Shown piece after piece: positions 37,613 to 48,825 of a DNA stretch of 64,000 bases (within the stretch, counting starts at the first letter, position 1; the number at the start of each line of letters is the position of its first letter). Both the position numbers and the translations under genes were made by a program. The DNA is from Mobula hypostoma (taxonomy: Eukaryota). The stretch is from NCBI RefSeq assembly GCF_963921235.1, contig NC_086108.1:52950001-53014000 (forward strand), written 5' to 3'. The notes under the pieces were generated by a model that worked only from the letters and a program-made list of their open reading frames with translations, had not been told where the DNA came from and did not search any database.

Positions 37613-40600
37613 TTTGCTAGCATGGTTTGGGAGGGTTTAAACTAATTTGCAAGGGGGATGGGACCCAGAGCGACAGAGCAGTGAAACAAGTGCATGGAAT
37701 AAAGCCAGATCTAACATATAGAGAGGCTTTGAGGAAAGAGAAGCAGAATAAACGGTGTAAAGACAGGAAGGTAGAAGGGCTGAAATGTGTGTATCCCAAT
37801 GCAAGAAGCATCAGGAACAAAGGTGATGAACTGAGAGCTTGGATACATACATGGAATTATGATGTAGTGGCCATTACAGAGACTTGGCTGGCACCAGGGC
37901 AGGAATGGATTGTCAATATTCCTGGATTTCAGTGCTTTAAAAGGGATAGAGAGGGTGGAAAAAGGGGAGGAGGGGTGGCATTACTGGTCAGGGATACTAT
38001 TACAGCGACAGAAAGGGTGGGTAATGTAGCAGGATCCTCTTTTGAGTCAATATGGGTGGAAGTCAGGAACAGGAAGGGAGCAGTTACTCTACTGGGGGTA
38101 TTCTATAGGCCCCCTGGTAGCAGCAGAGATACAGAGGAGCAGATTGGGAGGCAGATTTTGGAAAGGTGCAAAAATAACAGGGTTGTTATCATAGGTGACT
38201 TTAACTTCCCTGATATTGATTGGCACCTGAATAGTTCCAAGGGTTTAGATGGGGCAGAGTTTGTTAAGTGTGTCCAGGACAGATTCCTGTCACAGTATGT
38301 GGACAGACTGACTAGGGGGAATGCCATACTACATCTAGTACTAGGTAATGAACCGGGTGAGGTCACAGATCTCTCAGTGGGTGAGCAGCTGGGGGACGGT
38401 GACCACTGCTCCCTGGCCTTTAGCATTATTATGGAAAAGGATAGAATCAGAGAGGACAGGAAAATTTTTAATTGGGGAAGGGCAAATTATGAGGCTGGAA
38501 GGCTAGAACTTGCAGGTGTGAATTGGGATGATGTTTTTGCAAGGAAATGTACTATGGACATGTGGTCGATATTTAGAGATCTCTTGCAGGATGTTAGGGA
38601 TAAATTTGTCCCGGTGAGGAAGATAAAGAATGGAAGGGTGAAGGAAACATGGGTGACAAGTGAGGTGGAAAATCTAGTCAGGTGGAAGAAGGCATCATAC
38701 ATGAGGTTTAGGAAGCAAGGATCAAATGGGTCTATTGAGGAATATAGGGAAGCAAGAAAGGAGCTTAAGAAGGGACTGAGAAGAGCAAGAAGGGGGCATG
38801 AGGAGGCCTTGGCGAGTAGGGCAGAGGAAAACCCCAAGGCATTCTTCAATTATGTGAAGAAAAAAAGGATGACAGGAGTGAAGGTAGGGCCGATTAGAGA
38901 TAAAGGTGGGAAGATGTGCCTGGAGGCTGTGGAAGTGAGTGAGGTCCTCAATGAATACTTCTCTTCAATATTCACCAATGAGAGAGAACTTGATGATGGT
39001 GAGGACAATACGAGTGAGGTTGATGTTCTGGAGCATGTTGATATTAAGGGAAAGGTGTTGGAGTTGTTAAAATACATTAGGACGGTTAAGTCCCCGGGGC
39101 CTGACAGAATATTCCCCAGGCTGCTCCACGAGGCGAGGGAAGAGATTTCTGAGCCTCTGGCTAGGATCTTTATGTCCTTGTTATCCATGGGCATGGTACC
39201 GGAGGATTGGAGGAAGGCGAATGTTGTCCCCTTGTTCAAAAAAGGTAGCAGGGATAGTCCGGGTAATTATAGACCAGTGAGCCTTACGTCTGTGGTGGGA
39301 AAGCTGTTGGAAAAGATTCTTAGAGATAGGATCTATGGGCATTTAGAGAATCATGGTCTGATCAGGGACAGTCAGCATGGCTTTGTGAAGGACAGATCAT
39401 GTCTAACAAGCCTGATAGAGTTCTTTGAGGAGGTGACCAGGCATATAGATTAGGGCAGTGCAGTGGATGTGATCTATATGGATTTTAGTAAGGCATTTGA
39501 CAAGGTTCCACATGGTAGGCTTATACAGAAAGTCAGAAGGCATGGGATCCAGGGAAGTTTGACCGGATGGATTCAGAATTGGCTTGCCTGCAGAAGGTAG
39601 AGGGTCGTGGTGGAGGGAGTACATTCAGATTGGAGGATTATGACTAGTGGTGTCCCACAAGGATCTGTTCTGGGACCTCTACTTTTCGTCATTTTTATTA
39701 ATGACCTGGATGTAGGGGTAAAAGGGTGTGTTGGCGAGTTTGCAGATGACACAAAGGTTGGTGGTGTTGTAGATAGTGTAGAGGATTGTCAAATATTGCA
39801 GAGAGACATTGATAGGATGCAGAAGTGGGCTGAGAAGTGGCAGATGGCGTTCAACCTGGAGAAGTGTGAGGTGGTACACTTTGGAAGGACAAACTCCAAG
39901 GCAGAGTACAAAGTAAATGCCAGGATACTTGGTAGAGTGGAGGAGCAGAGGGATCTGGGGGTACATGTCCACAGATCCCTGAAAGTTGCCTCACAGGTGG
40001 AAATGGTAGTTAAGAAAGCTTATGGGGTGTTAGTTTTCATACGTCGAGGGATAGAGTTTAAGAATTGCAATGTAATGATGCAGCTCTATAAAACTGTGGT
40101 TAGGCCACACTTGGAGTATTGTGTTCAGTTCTGGTCACCTCACTATAGGAAGGATGTGGAAGCATTGGAAAGGGTACAGAGGAGATTTACCAGGATGCTG
40201 CCTGGTTTAGAGAGTATGCATCCTGATCAGAGATTAAGGGAGCTAGGGCTTTACTCTTTGGAGAGAAGGAGGATGAGAGGAGACATGATAGAGGTGTACA
40301 AGATAATAAGAGGAATAGATAGAGTGGATAGCCAGCGCCTCTTTCTTCCCCTGGGCACCACTGCTCAATACAAGAAGACATGGCTTTAAGGTAAGGGGTG
40401 GGAAGTTCAAGGGGGATATTAGAGGAAGGTTTTTCACTCAGAGAGTGGTTGGTGCGTGGAATGCACTGCCTGAGTCAGTAGTGGAGGCAGATACACTAGT
40501 GAAATTTAAGGGACTACTGGACAGGTATATGGAGGAATTTATGTTGGGGGCTTATATGGGAGGCAAGGTTTGAGGGCTGGCACAACATTGTGGGCCGAAG

Positions 40601-40645
40601 GGCCTGCACTTTGCCGTACTATTCTATGTTCTATGTTCTATGTTA
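37613..40645 (+). mobile_element. CR1 LINE: end of ORF1, near-complete ORF2, 3' UTR and (tctatgt)n tail
   Basis: ORF1 ends FASMVWEGLN* at 37645; ORF2 below; tail attctatgttctatgttctatg at 40621-40642. Confidence 0.95.
37627..40550 (+). pseudogene. CR1 ORF2 (APE endonuclease plus RT) with premature stops
   Basis: NARSIRNK, AITETW, GDFN, GDH, KSPGPD, NYRPVSLTS, GVPQGSVLGP, FADD; in-frame TAG at 39451 and 39598; frameshift near 40345. Confidence 0.93.
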
Positions 40646-41677
40646 CTGTTCTTTGGTCCAAACAGGGAAAAAAAAGAAATGGTTATATGACTATTCCTAC
40701 ATTTTCCGATACCCTTTTTGGAACAATAAACAGTAGACCAAAAACTTGATAACTGTAGCTGGTATGTGTCACATGCCTTTGCCCTCTACAGACAATAAGA
40801 TGGGTTGAAGGATTTTGTAAACAAACCATTTGAGCGTCATTTTCTGTGTTTAACTAAAGGTGCAGCCCTTTACTTCCATTACAAACAAACCAAAAACAGT
40901 CACCTTACACTGACGTTATTGTGTCAGACACCGTCTCTTAAAGTGAACACAACAACTCAATGACAGTGTTTGTGAATTATGTAAAACAGTTTCTATTATG
41001 AACAATATGTGTTATCTGTCACCCATTACATTACCCTATGGAATTGTATCCAGTTTAACATCTGTTAGAAAATAGAAGAACATATAGAATAATTCACGAG
41101 TCAACAGCCTATTTTTTAAAGCTCAGTGATAATAAATTTAAAATTGACATCACCAAATTTTAGTTTTAATTAATGTACAATCAAGTGGCCAAGTGTTACA
41201 CAACTTCCCTTTAATTTATTCTGTAACTGCTGGTAAATTCTATCAATAATACTTACTTCAGTAATCTTGATGTGAAGCAATAACTTCACAGATGAGTGAA
41301 ATGCGGACATCATTGTGGATATCGATAAGAAAGAGTGAAATGTCCTCTTTGAATTAGAAGTAAAGTACATAAAAAAACAGAAGATGTAACATATATGGAG
41401 GGAAATTGTTCGTGAGTTATTTGTGTAATCTAAAATCTTTTGCAATCGAAATATTAGCAAAGGAAACAGGTCTGGAGAAAGTCATCTACTGAAAGAAACG
41501 ATCATTGAAAGTTGTCTTGGTTATCCTATCAGGATACATCTTAAAATAGTATGAATTCGAAACAGAAGTAGGACACCTAGCCTGACAAAGCTGCTCAGTC
41601 ATTTTATAACAAAATAGCTTATCTGTTTGTAACCTCCATCTCACATACATGTCTACCTATTAGTAATCTTCTTTATC

Positions 41678-43790
41678 AAGTTTCAATAGGTTTCAAATAA
41701 TTTCAATAGGTACATTTAATGTTAAAGAGATGTATACAATATACATCCTGAAATTCTTTCTCTTTACAACCATCCACGAAAACAGAGGAATGCCGCAAAG
41801 AATAAATGACAGTTAAATGTTAGAATCCCAAAGCCCCCCCCAACTCAACCCTCCCACACATAAGCAGCAGCAAAGCAACGAACCCCCTCTCCCACCAGCA
41901 AAAAAGCATCGGCACCCCCCACCAAGCTCTCAAGTGTGCAGCAAAGCATTAATAAAGACACAGATTTGCAGTACCACTCATTCACCTGGTATTCAACATA
42001 CCACAACCTCTCTCTCTCCTTAATAAGGGAAAAAGAAGTGTCCCTGTTTCACAGCCAAAGGGGAGACATAACAAAACAACTCGCTGATTTATGGTGTTAA
42101 AATTCTGTTGTGTCGCTTCTTCCGAGCTCTGTGCCAAAGAACTCAGGTCTCTGGGCACACAGCCAGCAGCCAGCTTGCTGCTTTCGATCTTCCCTCTCCC
42201 ACGACACACCAGTTTTCTGCAGCGGCACCGACCTCGAGTCCACCCGCCTCCAGAGCCACAAAATCCTGGAACCCTGGAGGCATGTTAGTCTTCCAGGCCA
42301 CGTTCTTGACATATCAAATAGTGGCCAATCTTACGAGAGCAGGGCTCATTTCCGCAAAGAACCAAAGTCAGCATTAACTCCAGGTCAGAGTCTTCAAAAG
42401 AACCCTAAAAGGGAAAAATAGAGATATTAAAGATAGAAATAGAGCTGTTTCTGAAGATCGAAACAGAGAAACATAGAAAATAGGTGCAGGAGTAGGCCAT
42501 TTGGCCCTTCGAGCCTGCACCGCCATTCAGTATGATCATGGCTGATCATCCAACTCAGAACCCTGTACCAGCCTTCCCCCCATACCCCCGATCCCTTTAG
42601 CCACAAAGGCCACATCTAACTCCCTCTTAAACATAGCCAATGAACTGGCCTCAACTGTTTTCTGTGGTAGAGAATTCCACAGATTCACCACTCTCTGTGT
42701 GAAGAAGTTTTTCCTCATCTTGGTCCTAAAAGGCTTCCCCTTTATCCTCAAACTGTGACCCATCGTTCTGGACTTCCCCAACATCGGGAACAATCTTCCT
42801 GCATCTAGCCTGTCCAATCCCTTTAGGATTTTATATGTTTCAATAAGATCCCCCCTCAATCTTCTAAATTCCAATGAGTATAAGCCTAGTCGATCCAGTC
42901 TTTCATCATATGAAAGTCCTGCCATCCCAGGAATCAATCTGGTGAACCTTCTTTGTACTCCCTCTATGGCAAGGATGTCTTTCCTCAGATTAGGGGACCA
43001 AAACTGCACACAGTACTCCAGGTGTGGTCACACCAAGGCCTTGTACAACTGCAGTAGTACCTCCCTGCTCCTGTACTCGAATCCTCTTGCTATAAATGCC
43101 AGCATACCATTCGCCTTTTTCACCGCCTGCTGTACCTGCATGCCCACTTTCAATGACTGGTGTATAATGACACCCAGGTCTCGTTGTACCTCCCCTTTTC
43201 CTAATCGGCCACCATTGAGATAATAATCTGTTTTCCTGTTTTTGCCACCAAAGTGGATAACCTCACATTTATCCACATTAAATTGCATCTGCCATGAATT
43301 TGCCCACTCACCTAACCTATCCAAGTCACCCTGCATCCTCTTAGCATCCTCCTCACAGCTAACACTGCCACCCAGCTTCGTGTCATCCGCAGACTTGAAG
43401 ATGCTGCATTTAATGCCCTCATCTAAGTCATTAATATATATTGTAAACAACTGGGGTCCCAGCACTGAGCCTTGCGGTACCCCACTAGTCACTGCCTGCC
43501 ATTCTGAAGAGGTCCCGTTTATTCCCACTCTTTGCTTCCTGTCTGCCAACTAATTCTCTATCCACATCAATACCTTACCCCCAATACTGTGTGCTTTAAG
43601 TTTGCACGCTAATCTCCTGTGTGGGACCTTGTCAAAAGCCTTTTGAAAATCCAAATATACCACATCCACTGGTTCTCCCCTATCCACTCTACTAGTTACA
43701 TCCTCAAAAATTTCTGTGAGATTCGTCAGACATGATTTTAGCAAGCAAGATGCAAGCAAAGGAATCACCATTAGGAGCCATTGTCCTCCC
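41678..43790 (-). mobile_element. Non-autonomous retroposon (same family as 31437-32240) split by a CR1
   Basis: Sequence ctgaagat|gcaagcaaagg is continuous across the CR1 at 42459-43740 when compared with 32199-32218. Confidence 0.7.
42459..43740 (-). mobile_element. Young 5'-truncated CR1
   Basis: ORFs 43550-43792, 43028-43549 and 42536-43009 form one RT frame broken by stops; tail aaacagagaaacatagaaa. Confidence 0.92.
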
Positions 43791-43919
43791 AAGCTGGTTT
43801 ACCCCTTCCTTGAAATTATTTAAACGCTGTTTCCATTACTTTTTGCAGAAGGCAGTTACAAAACTTCACAATCCTTTGAGAGAGAACATTTAATCTCTGG
43901 CTGAAATGGGAGATCCCTA

Positions 43920-44525
43920 CTTCAAAGATTCAAAGAAGTTCTCACTTATGATTCAAAGTACATTTATTACCAAAGAATGTTTGCAGTATACGACCCTGAG
44001 ATTCGTCTTTCCTACAGACAGCCAGGAAACAAAGAAAACCATGGAACCTGTTCAAAGAAAAACATCAACCCCGCCCGCCCCCGCAGACACCATTCTCCAG
44101 CAGCAGCGAGAGGCTGGTGGACGGCTAAAAAAAATATGCAAACGGCAACAAAAAAATGAACAATAAACACAGAAAATAAAATACAAAACTGAAAGAATCC
44201 AGGCATACTCAGTTCAGCTCCATGTTCATTATCTACAAGCCACCCTGATTCAAATTCGCCTAAAAATTGCAACAAAAAAGGGAGAGACTAAGAACTGGAA
44301 AAGCTTCATAGCGTGAACTACAGAATCCAAACAACAAACCACGTCAATTAAACCTTTCTCAAGACTCCGAACTCCAGCACTATCCTCCAATGTCGTCGAG
44401 GGAGAGAGGGACCATTCAAAAACAGAGACCTCTCTTCAGGAGAAGCGAGCAAGAGGGAAATAGAGACACGTAGACAGCAGCGAGGGAGAGGCCAGTAGAC
44501 AGCGTTCAACGCTTGCTTGCCTCCT
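43920..44525 (-). mobile_element. Non-autonomous retroposon fragment with (tttgaa)-type tail
   Basis: ttcaaagattcaaag...tacatttatt...accctgagattc matches the reverse complement of Rex1-type 3' ends such as 6555-6620. Confidence 0.55.
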
Positions 44526-44544
44526 GCACTCACCTTGATGATTT

Positions 44545-44900
44545 CTATCTACAAAAAGTAATGGTCACAGCCCACTCCGTCCCAAGTAAAACCCTCCCCA
44601 CCATTGAGCACATTTACAAAGAGCACTGTGGCAGGAAAGCAGTATCCATCATCAAGTGCCCCCATCACCCATCATCCAGGCCATGCTTCTTTCTCGCTGC
44701 TTCCATCAGGAAAGAGCCTCAAATCCCAGACCACCAGGTCTAGGAGCAGTTCTTACTCCGCCACCATCAAGTTCTTGAACCAGAGGGGATAACTTCACTC
44801 TCCACAGCACTGACCTAATTCCACAACCTATGGATTTACTTTTTAAGGACTCTGCAACTCACGTTCTGGATATTTATTGCTTATTTATTATTATTGTTGT
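44545..44900 (+). mobile_element. Rex1-type LINE 3' fragment
   Basis: LPTIEHIYKEHCGRKAVSIIK...HPGHASFSLLPSG; 3' UTR colinear with 5560-5700. Confidence 0.8.
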
Positions 44901-44910
44901 TGTAGTTTTA

Positions 44911-45033
44911 TTTTTTTCTCAGCTCAAGTTGGTAAAGCCTGAGGTATGGGCATAGCCAAGCACATTTATTTCTCAATTGCTCAGAACTTTTGGACTATTC
45001 TAGTGGTGTGTAGTATTGTGGCTTTCTGGAGAT
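44911..45033 (-). mobile_element. Dong/R4-type element extreme 3' end
   Basis: Colinear with 5716-5840; encodes LQKATILHTTRIVQKF. Confidence 0.8.
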
Positions 45034-45109
45034 TATTCCCCCCCCCCCACCCCAGATCCCATCTGAATCTCTTACCTTTTGCTTTCATATCTCTTATATG
45101 ACCTTCAGA

Positions 45110-45420
45110 GAGACATATCCTCTTCTCTCTGTTACCATCAGGTAGGAGGTACAGAAGCCTGAAGGCACACACTCAGCAATTCAGGAACAGCTTCTTCCCC
45201 TCTGCCATCCAATTTCTAAATGGATATTGAACCCATGAACATTTCCTCACTTTTTTTCAGTTTTTTCACTATTTTTAATTTAAATATTCAGTATACATAT
45301 ATATACTTAATGTAATTGATCTATTTGTTTCTATATTTATTATATATTGCATTGTACTGCTATTGCCATGTTAACAAACTTCACAACATAAGCCAATGAT
45401 ATTAAACAGATTCTGATTCT
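45110..45420 (+). mobile_element. Rex1-type 3' fragment
   Basis: ccatcaggtaggaggtacagaagcc...attaaacagattctgattctg tail. Confidence 0.7.
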
Positions 45421-45429
45421 GTTCCTTTT

Positions 45430-45732
45430 TTCATGGTAGAACCCATAGAAATGGGGAAAATTGTGAAGCATGAACAACTAAAAATTTAAAAACTGAAATG
45501 TCAGCAGTTCAAAAGTATTCATCCCCCTTTGCTCAGTTCTTATTTGAAGCACCTCTCATAGTTATTACAGCCTTCATGCTTTACAATTTTGCCTGCTTTT
45601 GGGCTGTACTATGAAAAAAAAGTCTGTGATAAACAAATAAAAACTCTCAGTTAAATTGATCAGAATCCCTATTTGTAATACTCATGTATGTGCACAATGT
45701 ATTGGAGGCAAAATACTTTTTCAAGGCACTGT
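45430..45732. mobile_element. Tc1-type terminal remnant
   Basis: aaaagtattcatcccc direct-repeat-like motif and right end aatactttttcaaggcactg followed by TA. Confidence 0.5.
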
Positions 45733-46739
45733 ATAATTTTAGACTAGATTTGCTGGCCTTGTCTTTTTGCCTCAAAGTACATGAATATTTAAACAAAATT
45801 GACAATGTACAGGAACTAGGCTATCTCTGTCAATTCCCTTCATAATCTTGCTCCCTGTAAAAAGTTCATATTTTGACCTTTTTTTTCAAGAAAGTAAACC
45901 CAACCTCCTCAGTCTTCTTTCATAATTTAGGTTCTGAAACAAATAATTAGCATGCTTAATTGCCTTTTCCTTATAGCATTGTTGTTTTAGCCTAGCGCAC
46001 AAGAAAAGTAAACATAACTCCTTCAAAAACAAGCATTTTATGTATAAATAGGAAAAATGTGGAGTTGATGGTACACTTGGTTAGAATAATGTCCTTTCAC
46101 AGAAAACTAAATTGGGATTTAATCTAGCCCAAACAGATGGAATAAAATGTCTTCTCTCTCTCATTGTTTGTGATGGCTCTGGTAGACACCAGGGAAATTA
46201 GTTTAGACAATTTAAATCCAATTTCTAGTGGAAATAACTCCAGAGTACAAAACTGCCTAAAGTTTTGTATTTATTTTGGCTGATTAGCCAGTTTTACTAG
46301 AAATATAATCCTAATGGAAACAAAATTCTGTCATTACAGTAGAAAGCTGTGTTGATGAAGGCATTCAGTTACATTGAAAAATGTGGTGAAGATCTCTAAT
46401 CTGCATATAATCCAGGCTGAAAATTACATTTTTGACAAAGGTGTAAATATTCCTCAACTTAAAATTTAGTCTTTATTTTCTGCTTAATTGAAAAACTGTC
46501 TTGTTGGCATTTTTCCAGGAGTACATCTTGTAGTTGACATCACATTTCCACCGTTAAAATGTAGACAGATTCTTGTGCTAACAATACATTAAAATTTAAA
46601 ATTTGCCATTGTATTTTTGCTTTGTTCTTCCTATTTCATAGGGAACTCAGTATCTGACTGAATACTCCTTAAGCTGGATACATGACAATCATTGCAAATT
46701 GTAATACAAAAGATAAATATCATTCATAAAATAGAGGAA

Positions 46740-47465
46740 TGAAAGCCATCAGAACCTCCTGGTTGCAAGCCATTTGAGTTCTCCTCCCTATTTCCACACC
46801 AACCTATTGTATCTATTCTTGACCTCCTTCACTGCCAGGGTGTGATCAAACTCAAGCTAATGGAACGTTACCTTATATTCAACCTGGGTAGACTACAATA
46901 TGATGTCATGGACATTGAATTCTCACTTTCAGGGAAACTGCACCACTTATGCTGTTTTTTCTCTCTCCTCCTAACCTACACAGTTCTTCCTGTACCACCT
47001 CCCCTATCTCCTGATCACCTTGTTTCTTTCCTCTCCTCCACCTACTCGATCTGCCTATCACCCATGCACCTGCCTAACTGGGACACGCCCCCCAGTGTCT
47101 CCTTCCATCCCAGCTAACTTCCCTTTTGTGGCTCCATGCTCCACCTTCCTTTCTGATCAGATTCCATTCTGGCTGCCCTTTGTTGTCTCCACACCTTCAC
47201 ACTTTTGCTGGCTTCACCTTCCAACCTCTCGCTATTCCTTCCTATTAGCCCTTGTTCCATGGATCCTCCTATTGCTTGCCAGCTCTTGCTACATCCTTTC
47301 CTTTTTTCTCTTTATACTGACTGCCTCCCGTCTACTCTTTTAGTGCAGGTGAAAGGTGTTGACACCACGGCACACAACGAAAGAATGAAGGGTGTCAACT
47401 GTCCATTTCCTGCCATTAATTCTGCCTGACCCAAGTTCCTCAAGAATTTTGATTTTCTTTTGTTC
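46740..47465 (+). mobile_element. Old PLE 3' remnant
   Basis: ORF 46842 KLMERYLIFNLGRLQYDVMDIEFS matches the PLE C-terminus (LEEQHLIFRLGSLQPDGMNIDFS); pyrimidine-rich pLTR follows. Confidence 0.75.
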
Positions 47466-47599
47466 ATTCATAAATTAGATCAATTGCTTTCCTCCTCATT
47501 GTCATCATATTTACCTCTCTTCTGCTAGTGCCTATAAATTGGATGCAAAGACTGCCACAGGAAAATTCATGCCCTAGGTTTTAGGTTCTTTATTAAGAG

Positions 47600-48100
47600 A
47601 CAGGAGCTGGAGTAGGCCATCGGCCCATTTAACTTCCTTTGCCATTCAATGAAATCGTGGCTGATCTGGTCGTGGACTCCACCTACCTGCCTTTTGTCCA
47701 TAACCCTTAATTCCCCCACTATGCAAAATTCTACCTAATTGTTTCTTAAATATATTTAATAAGGCAGCATCTACATATCTATTTGGCAGAGAATTCTACC
47801 TTCTTTACTACTCTCTGGGAAAATCATTTCCTTCTCTTCTTCATTCTAAGTCTACAACTCCGAATCTTGAAGCTGTGTTCCCTAGTTCTAATCTCACTTA
47901 CTAGTGGAAACAACTTTCCTGCCTCTATTTTATCTAGCCCTTTCATAATTTTATGCTTCTTTAAGATCCCTTCTCACTCTTCTGAATTCCAGCGAATGGA
48001 GTCCTAGGTGGCTCAAGATCATCTCACTGGCAAATGCTCTTATCACAAGGATCAATCTATTGAACCTCCTATCCACTGCTTCCAGAGACAGTATCTTTTC
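47600..48100 (-). mobile_element. CR1 3' fragment
   Basis: caggagctggagtaggccat 3' UTR and reverse complement of the ORF2 end. Confidence 0.75.
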
Positions 48101-48104
48101 TCAT

Positions 48105-48825
48105 GGTACACCTCAGTGATGTGTGCTTCGCCCATTGCTCTACTCTCTCTACACCCTTGACTGTGTAGCTATGCACAGCTCAAATGCCATCTATAAGTTT
48201 GCTGATGGTGCAACTATTGTTAGCAGAGCTTCAAACGGTGAAGAGGGGATGTACAGGAGTGTGATATATCAGCTAGTTGAGTAGTGTCACAGCACCAACC
48301 TTACACTCAACATTGGTAAGACCAAAGAGCTGACTGAGGACTTCAGAAAGGAAGATGAGGGAACACACACCAGTCCTCATAGAGGGATCAGAAGTGGAAG
48401 GAGTGAGCAATTTCAAGTTCCTGGCTGTCAACATCTGAGGACTGATCCCGCGCCCAACATATTGATGACACGACAAAGACATGACAGTGGCTATATTTCA
48501 TTAGGAGTTTGAAGAGATCAGGTATGTCACTGAAGACCCTTGCAAATTTCTACAGATGTACCATGGAGTGCATTGTAACTGGCTGCACGACTATCTGGGA
48601 GGGAGAGCTACAGTGCAGGATTGAAATAAGCTGCAGAGAGTTGTAAACTTAGTCAGCTCTATAATGGGAACTAGCCTCCATAGTACTTGGGATATCTTCA
48701 AGGAGTGCTGACTCAAAGATATGTGTGTACGTGAATGTTTTTTTCTCTATTATATATTGCATTGTACTGCTGCCACGAAGACAAATTTTGTGACATATGC
48801 CGGTGATATTAAACCTGATTCTGAT
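48105..48825 (+). mobile_element. Rex1-type 3' fragment with internal deletion
   Basis: ggtacacctcag...tataagtttgctgatg RT remnant; tail attaaacctgattctga. Confidence 0.75.

Noticed and set aside
47341..47410. Hammerhead in the old PLE remnant
   Set aside because: The core boxes CUGANGA and GAAA are not intact at the expected positions.
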